Shown here one piece after another: positions 58,546 through 64,000 of a stretch of DNA of 64,000 bases. The translations under genes and the position numbers were made by a program. Below the pieces are notes generated by a model, which was not told the origin of the DNA, did not search any database, and saw only the letters and a program-made list of their open reading frames with translations. Source of the DNA: Verrucomicrobiota bacterium (GTDB lineage Bacteria > Verrucomicrobiota > Verrucomicrobiia > Limisphaerales > AAA164-E04); NCBI GenBank assembly GCA_047947115.1, contig CP170459.1, positions 3,040,001 to 3,104,000 on the forward strand, in the 5' to 3' direction. How positions within the stretch are numbered: the first letter of the stretch is position 1; every line of letters starts with the position of its first letter.

Positions 58546-61467
58546 ATGAAAAAACTGTTTCGCATTGGTTGCTGTCTGTTGCTGGTATTGACAGCTTTCA
58601 CACACGACGTTCAGTCACAGGAGGGTGGTGGTGCGTCTTCGCCTTCCGGGAAACCGGCGCCCAAACCGGAGTTTCCACCTTACAACGAGGTGTTTGAAGG
58701 TTATGAGCAGGTGATCTCCACGATTGACAAGAGTCCGACCTTGTTCGGTTTGTTCGTCAATCGGAAAGACAATCAGATCCTTGCTGCATTCCCCAAAAAG
58801 TATCAGTCCAAGAAATTTTTCATTGCCCTGACCGTTGCCAGTGGTGAGTTGTATGCAGGATTGCAACAAGCGGACATGTATGTTTACTGGAAACAGATTG
58901 GTAAACGCATGGTGCTGATTCAACCCAATGTGGAAGTGCGGAGTACTGGTGACAGTGAATCCCGTTCTTCGGTTGAACGTTTGTTCACGGATCGTGTGCT
59001 GGCAGACATCCCTATTGTCACCATGCATCCCCAATGGGGGCCTGTTGTGGATCTGGATGGGTTTCTCTTGGGCGAAGGGGCCAGCTTTTTTGGTTCCAGC
59101 GCAAGGGGATTGAAACGTCAATTGGCTGTTATTAAAAACGCCAAGGCTTTTCCGGAGAACATCGAAATCGCGTTCGAGGTGCCTGTCTCAAGTGGCTTGC
59201 TGAAAACTTTCCACTACTCCATAAGCGAAATCAAACCCAATCCATCTTATCGCCCCCGCAAGGCTGATGAACGCGTTGGTTATTTCACTACCGGATACGA
59301 TGACCTGGGCAAATTCCAACAGGACGATGTCCGGACCCGATTCATCAACCGCTGGCACTTGGAAAAAGCAGCCCCAGAACTGAAAACGAGCCCGGTTAAA
59401 AATCCCATCGTGTTCTACGTCGAACATACCACACCGATTCGTTACCGCCGCTGGGTGCGCGAAGGAGTCATGATGTGGAACAAGGCATTTGAGGAAATCG
59501 GGTTGTTGAACGCCATTGAGGTGCGCTATCAGGATCAAAGCACAAACGCTCACATGGAATATGATCCGGAAGACGTCCGTTACAATTTTATCCGTTGGCT
59601 GAACAACAACGTCGGCACCGCCATCGGTCCCAGCAGAGCCAATCCGATTACCGGTGAGATTTTGGATGCGGATATCATTTTGACCGATGGATGGATCCGG
59701 CATTTCTGGCGTAAATTCAACGAAGAGTTGCCGAAGTTGGCGATGGAAGGATATTCTCCTGAGACCCTGGCATGGCTGCAAAAGCATCCCGAATGGGATC
59801 CTCGCGTGCGTCTGGCTCATCCTTCGAATCGTGAAACCGTTGCCGAAGAAATAGCCCATCACTCACATCAGTCCTACGGAGGACATCCTTTGGCTCACAG
59901 CGATCCTTCCATGATTGGAGATGATGAATTCGATGGTTTGGTGGGGCGCACCAGCCAGGTGAATGGATTCTGTCAGGCCGCCGATTTTCGTGCGCTGGAT
60001 ATGGCCGTGATGCGCTTTGCATTCGAGCTGATGTCTCAGAGTGAAAACGAAACAGGCGAAGGTGCTGAAGGAACTGATCCTGCGGATGACAAAAAAGACT
60101 CTGAAGAGCCCAAGAAGGAGGAAGATCTTCTGGACGGAATTCCGGATTGGTTCGTCGGGCCATTGATTGCTGATCTTGTGGCCCACGAAGTCGGTCACAC
60201 ATTGGGATTGCGCCACAATTTCAAGGCTTCCAGCATTTACAGTCTGGAAGAAATCAACAGCAGTGAAGTTAAAGGTAAAAAACCTTTTGCCGGTTCCGTG
60301 ATGGATTATCTGCCGGTGAACATGAACATCGAAGGATTCGGTGAAGAGCAGGGCGACTATGGCATGATCGAAGTGGGACCTTACGACCTGTGGGCCATTG
60401 AATACGGATATTCCATTGTCAAGAAGGACGACGAGTTGAAAAAAGTGTTGGCGCGTGTGAATGATCCTTTGCTCGCTTATGCTACGGACGAAGATACCTA
60501 CGGACCGGATCCATATGCCCGACGCTATGACTTCGCGCAGGATCCAATCAGCTACGCCAAAAGCCAGATGAAACTGGCCAATGATCATCGCAAGAACATC
60601 CTCGATAAATTCGTGAAAGATGGAGACAGCTGGGCCAAGGCACGTTATGGCTACGGGCTGACCTTGAGCATTCAGATGCGTTCTCTGAGCATGATGGCCA
60701 ACTGGCTGGGTGGGGCACAAATCAATCGGGCCAAGAAAGGGGATCCTGATTCCACGGCTCCTATCCAGGTTGTGGATGCTTCCAAACAGCGCGAAGCTCT
60801 GCGTTTTGTCATGAAAAACGCGTTTTACGACAAAGCCTTTGGTCTCACTCCGGAATTGCTACGCCACATGTCCATGGATAAATGGATCGACGATTTCAGC
60901 TCGGCCATTCAGGACAGTACCTGGCCAATTCATGATCGGATCATGGGTATACAATCCTCGGCACTCACCATGCTGATGAATCCCACCACCATGGGACGCG
61001 TTTACGACAACGAATTCCTGACACCGGAGGACGAAGACATGATCACCCTGCCGGAGATTCTCGGTGAAATCCGTGAAGCCATCTGGACCGAACTGGAAGA
61101 TCCCGACGAGGGCAAATTCACCGCGCGTCGTCCGATGATCTCCAGTCTGCGCCGTAATCTCCAGCGTGAACATCTGGAGCGCCTCATCGACCTCAGCATG
61201 GGACAGAGCTTCTCCAGTGTCTCCTATAAACCCATCTCGAACCTGGCAACAGCCCAACTGAGAGATCTGAAGAAGCAGATCGACCTCGTGTTGAGCGACA
61301 AGGAATTGAATGCGGATCCATACAGTGCGGCACACTTGTCCGAGGCATCCGTTCGTATTGAAAAAGCCCTGGACGCTGGCTTCATTTACAATACATCGGA
61401 CATTGGCGGCGGTGGAGCTTCCGTTCGCCTGATCCTTGGAGATGAACTCAAACGATCTGCGAATTAG
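58546..61467 (+). CDS. Secreted zinc-dependent metalloprotease (metzincin, DUF5117/DUF4953-type)
   Basis: Signal peptide; PR.ADERVGYF, RFINRW.LEK, NP.TGEILDADI, HEVGHTLGLRHNF, Met-turn SVMDY. Confidence 0.93.
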   Translation: MKKLFRIGCCLLLVLTAFTHDVQSQEGGGASSPSGKPAPKPEFPPYNEVFEGYEQVISTIDKSPTLFGLFVNRKDNQILAAFPKKYQSKKFFIALTVASGELYAGLQQADMYVYWKQIGKRMVLIQPNVEVRSTGDSESRSSVERLFTDRVLADIPIVTMHPQWGPVVDLDGFLLGEGASFFGSSARGLKRQLAVIKNAKAFPENIEIAFEVPVSSGLLKTFHYSISEIKPNPSYRPRKADERVGYFTTGYDDLGKFQQDDVRTRFINRWHLEKAAPELKTSPVKNPIVFYVEHTTPIRYRRWVREGVMMWNKAFEEIGLLNAIEVRYQDQSTNAHMEYDPEDVRYNFIRWLNNNVGTAIGPSRANPITGEILDADIILTDGWIRHFWRKFNEELPKLAMEGYSPETLAWLQKHPEWDPRVRLAHPSNRETVAEEIAHHSHQSYGGHPLAHSDPSMIGDDEFDGLVGRTSQVNGFCQAADFRALDMAVMRFAFELMSQSENETGEGAEGTDPADDKKDSEEPKKEEDLLDGIPDWFVGPLIADLVAHEVGHTLGLRHNFKASSIYSLEEINSSEVKGKKPFAGSVMDYLPVNMNIEGFGEEQGDYGMIEVGPYDLWAIEYGYSIVKKDDELKKVLARVNDPLLAYATDEDTYGPDPYARRYDFAQDPISYAKSQMKLANDHRKNILDKFVKDGDSWAKARYGYGLTLSIQMRSLSMMANWLGGAQINRAKKGDPDSTAPIQVVDASKQREALRFVMKNAFYDKAFGLTPELLRHMSMDKWIDDFSSAIQDSTWPIHDRIMGIQSSALTMLMNPTTMGRVYDNEFLTPEDEDMITLPEILGEIREAIWTELEDPDEGKFTARRPMISSLRRNLQREHLERLIDLSMGQSFSSVSYKPISNLATAQLRDLKKQIDLVLSDKELNADPYSAAHLSEASVRIEKALDAGFIYNTSDIGGGGASVRLILGDELKRSAN

Positions 61468-61495
61468 TCTTCATTCAAACTAAATTTGCCATTTC

Positions 61496-61529
61496 AAGTC
61501 CCGTCGTTTTTCAAACGACGGGACTTTTT
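61496..61529 (+). terminator. Intrinsic terminator
   Basis: AAGTCCCGTCGTTT-ttc-AAACGACGGGACTT followed by TTT. Confidence 0.85.
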
Positions 61530-61547
61530 CATGAGCCCTTGCGCCAG

Positions 61548-61574
61548 GTAGAACGTGCCGTCCCCGGCGCGTCC
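61548..61574 (+). repeat. Single GTAG-type REP-like hairpin
   Basis: GTAG-A-ACGTGCCG-tccc-CGGCGCGT. Confidence 0.45.
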
Positions 61575-61718
61575 TTGTGGTGTTCGAATTGAGATCACCT
61601 ATCGTTTGGGAAACCTGTGGATTTGATGCCCCCCGTCATCCGTTTGATCAAACATGAGGGGTTATTACTTTTCGGATACCCAAGGATTTCCATTTGGGGG
61701 GGGCATGCCACTTCAATT

Positions 61719-62699
61719 TCAGGGGAACTGTTCCAGAAACTTTTCAAGATGTTCCATCACTTCCTTCTGCGTGACGCCTGTCATGCAGTGAGGTGTGTCG
61801 AATTGGCAGCTGTCGAAGCAGGGTTTCTGGGGGCAGTCTTTGCCTTCTACCACCATGCCGAGCGGGTGTGCGGGGCGGAACCACTCGGTGCGTTGGGGGC
61901 CGAATATGGTGAACGTAGGTTTCTTTAATGCCGCAGCCAAATGTCCGGGGCCCGAGTCGTTGCCGATGAATGCTTCTCCTTCCGATAATCTTTGGATCAA
62001 TTCGGAAACGGTGCTGGGAACAGAAGGTTTTCGCCCCTTTTCTTCCCAAAATGAAGTTTGGCTGGCGTCGCAAATGAGGCTGACTTCCATCCGGCGTTTT
62101 TCCAGGTGTTCCAGCAGGGACGCGTAACCTTCCAGTGACCAGACACGGACCGGTTGGGCAGCTCCGGTGTGCATGACGACGTGTTCAATGGGGGATCGTT
62201 CGGCCTTGGTTGAATCGTTCTGTTTCCAATCAGGAATATCCAGATCGAGCGCCTTTCCCAATGTACGCCATTGATCATAGCGATGACAGAGGTCCCCCGG
62301 AATGGTCAGGGATCGGGTCAGTAACAGATTGCTTCCGGAACGAGGAAATCCAATGCGCTTTCGTGCACCCGTCAGTCGCATCCAGGCATGATCCCGCGGG
62401 TCCCAGCGGCCCGATGCCGCTATGTCGAACTTTTCCTTTCGAAGCTGCCTCAGGGTTGCCAGCACTCTGCGCCAGGGCCAACGATGCAGTTGGTATTTGC
62501 CCTTGAAAGCAGTCCAGGGGGCGATGAAATCAATGACCTTTACCTGTGGCCAGAGCTTTTGTTGAAGGTCATGGGCATACGGTTTTGCAAGCAGGGTGAC
62601 GTCATACTTTTCCGATGCTTTCTCCAGGAAACGGGAAGCGATGGCCAAGTCTCCCAAGCCCCAGAGTTCCAGGATCAGCAACTTGGGCCGTGAGCTCAT
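61719..62699 (-). CDS. Glycosyltransferase family 9 (heptosyltransferase-like)
   Basis: GLGDL, FIGNDSGPGHLAAAL..PT..IFGP, C-terminal C..C..C..C. Confidence 0.9.
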   Translation of the reverse strand: MSSRPKLLILELWGLGDLAIASRFLEKASEKYDVTLLAKPYAHDLQQKLWPQVKVIDFIAPWTAFKGKYQLHRWPWRRVLATLRQLRKEKFDIAASGRWDPRDHAWMRLTGARKRIGFPRSGSNLLLTRSLTIPGDLCHRYDQWRTLGKALDLDIPDWKQNDSTKAERSPIEHVVMHTGAAQPVRVWSLEGYASLLEHLEKRRMEVSLICDASQTSFWEEKGRKPSVPSTVSELIQRLSEGEAFIGNDSGPGHLAAALKKPTFTIFGPQRTEWFRPAHPLGMVVEGKDCPQKPCFDSCQFDTPHCMTGVTQKEVMEHLEKFLEQFP

Positions 62700-63349
62700 G
62701 GTTTGCGCGCGATGAGGTAGGCCGACCAACCGATCCAGTGAATTTGTGAGGTGAACTTTTGACGGCTCGCCGGCATCCATTTGTAAAGGGGCCAGGCGGC
62801 GGCAAACATCCAGTTACGGGAAGTGCCCGAGCGGTCAATTTCAAACCCGGCCAGGCGACAACGTTTGGCCAGGGCCCCCATGCTGACAATGTGCGTATGG
62901 GTCAGGTCATCCCAGAAGTTCATGGTGAAGGTGCCCGTAGCGGAGCCTGAGACGCTGCCCAATGCGACTGTTTTGGGGTGTGGAGTTTCCACATAAAAAC
63001 ATCCTCCTGGTTTCAGGAGGCGAAAAGCTTCGGCGATGAGCAGTTCCAGGTCCTCCAAATGTTCGACCAGGTGCATGCAGGATATGGCGTCCAGTGTGCC
63101 CGGTTCCCAGGGCAGGGCTTCTTTGTTCAGGTCGCCTCGGTGAAATTGGCACCCCTTGGGATAACGATCCGGTTTGCCCTCGATGTCGGTCGCATAGAAT
63201 TGAAGGTCGGGTCGCATTTCATGAAAATGCCCAAGGGTTTCACCGTCGGAGGAGCCGACATCCAGCAGCGCACCACCTTGCGGCACGCGGGCGAGGAACG
63301 ATGACCGGGTGTCCACCCAGGGTATGTTGCGCAACAGTTTCCAATTCAT
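62696..63349 (-). CDS. Class I SAM-dependent methyltransferase
   Basis: LLDVGSSDG, D.I...HLVEHL, RLLKPGG..Y.ETP, DLTH. Confidence 0.9.
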   Translation of the reverse strand: MNWKLLRNIPWVDTRSSFLARVPQGGALLDVGSSDGETLGHFHEMRPDLQFYATDIEGKPDRYPKGCQFHRGDLNKEALPWEPGTLDAISCMHLVEHLEDLELLIAEAFRLLKPGGCFYVETPHPKTVALGSVSGSATGTFTMNFWDDLTHTHIVSMGALAKRCRLAGFEIDRSGTSRNWMFAAAWPLYKWMPASRQKFTSQIHWIGWSAYLIARKP

Positions 63350-63365
63350 GACAGGCGTCCAAGTA

Positions 63366-64000
63366 TCACGATTTCAGCCGATGCGTCAAATCCGGGTTCA
63401 GTTTTTGATACAGGTCCTTGTATTGACCATACACTACCGATGCGGCCCGCATGGCGACCGAAGCACGGATTTGTTCGGGGGTGAGCGGACAAAAGGAACC
63501 GTTCAGGATGGCTCGCAGCTGCTCGGCAAGTGAGGCGGGATCGTCGGGTTGAAAGTGCAAGCCGCAACCGGTTTGAACCAGGTCGATGTTGCCGCCGCTT
63601 TCGCTGACCAGAGCAGGTAATCCCAGTGAAAGCGCTTCCATCAGGGCCACCGAACAGGGTTCGTTGGTGGAAGGAAGCACGAACCAGTCGGATGCATGGA
63701 GTTTGGATTTGACGTCTGTGGTGGCGCCTTTGAGGTGGAATTGTGAACTGACTCCTGCGGATTTGATGAGCTGACGGAGTGATTTGTCGAAAAATTGGGC
63801 TTCGGGCAATTCCGGAGTCGGACCCCAGACTTCACACTGAATGCGTGCTTGTTCCTCGGGGGAGAGTTGACCGATGGCCTTGACGATCAAATCCCATTTT
63901 TTCCACCCGATGACGTTGCCGACGCCCACCAATCGGACCGGATCATTTCCTTCAATAGATCGTCGGGAGACGAGTGGTTCGGTGAGGAGTGATTCGCTGA
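63366..64000 (-). CDS. Glycosyltransferase family 4, 3' part (runs off window)
   Basis: VGN...WKK, FVLPSTNEPCSVALMEALSLGLP (EX7E); frame open to window end. Confidence 0.88.
   Translation of the reverse strand, partial: SESLLTEPLVSRRSIEGNDPVRLVGVGNVIGWKKWDLIVKAIGQLSPEEQARIQCEVWGPTPELPEAQFFDKSLRQLIKSAGVSSQFHLKGATTDVKSKLHASDWFVLPSTNEPCSVALMEALSLGLPALVSESGGNIDLVQTGCGLHFQPDDPASLAEQLRAILNGSFCPLTPEQIRASVAMRAASVVYGQYKDLYQKLNPDLTHRLKS

Overview
Bacterial chromosome window, very probably Verrucomicrobiota (PVC-type CxxCH heme protein, DUF1501, sulfatases, PVC-style secretin; the assignment is an inference from gene content). Positions 1-~12446 are the right end of a siphovirus-type prophage: an apparently intact tail module (tail tube, tail chaperone with a -1 frameshift, tape measure, Dit-like, DUF2163 hub, NlpC/P60, tail tip, fibre), then two opposite-strand AT-rich accessory genes, ending at the 3' end of an initiator tRNA-Met that has a degenerate tandem copy 160 bp upstream. 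The rest is host chromosome: alaS, three toxin-antitoxin-type loci (two without a working toxin), a gspE-L-M-D cluster, purU, an HtrA protease, DUF1501, an aminotransferase/omega-amidase pair, an internally deleted hybrid kinase, lnt, glcD/glcF, two sulfatases, cls, a stand-alone sigma28 flagellin, an AI-2E transporter, a metzincin and LPS genes, plus several REP-like repeats. Best candidates for undescribed biology: (1) a MotA/MotB-like (ExbB/TolQ-type) gene pair whose B subunit carries a long coiled coil and a degenerate trypsin-like domain; (2) a phage tail protein with three 38-aa repeats that may complete, in trans, the beta-sandwich encoded by the next gene; (3) a HEPN-motif gene with integron-cassette boundaries inside the prophage. 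All family calls are by motif recognition only; no database searches were run.
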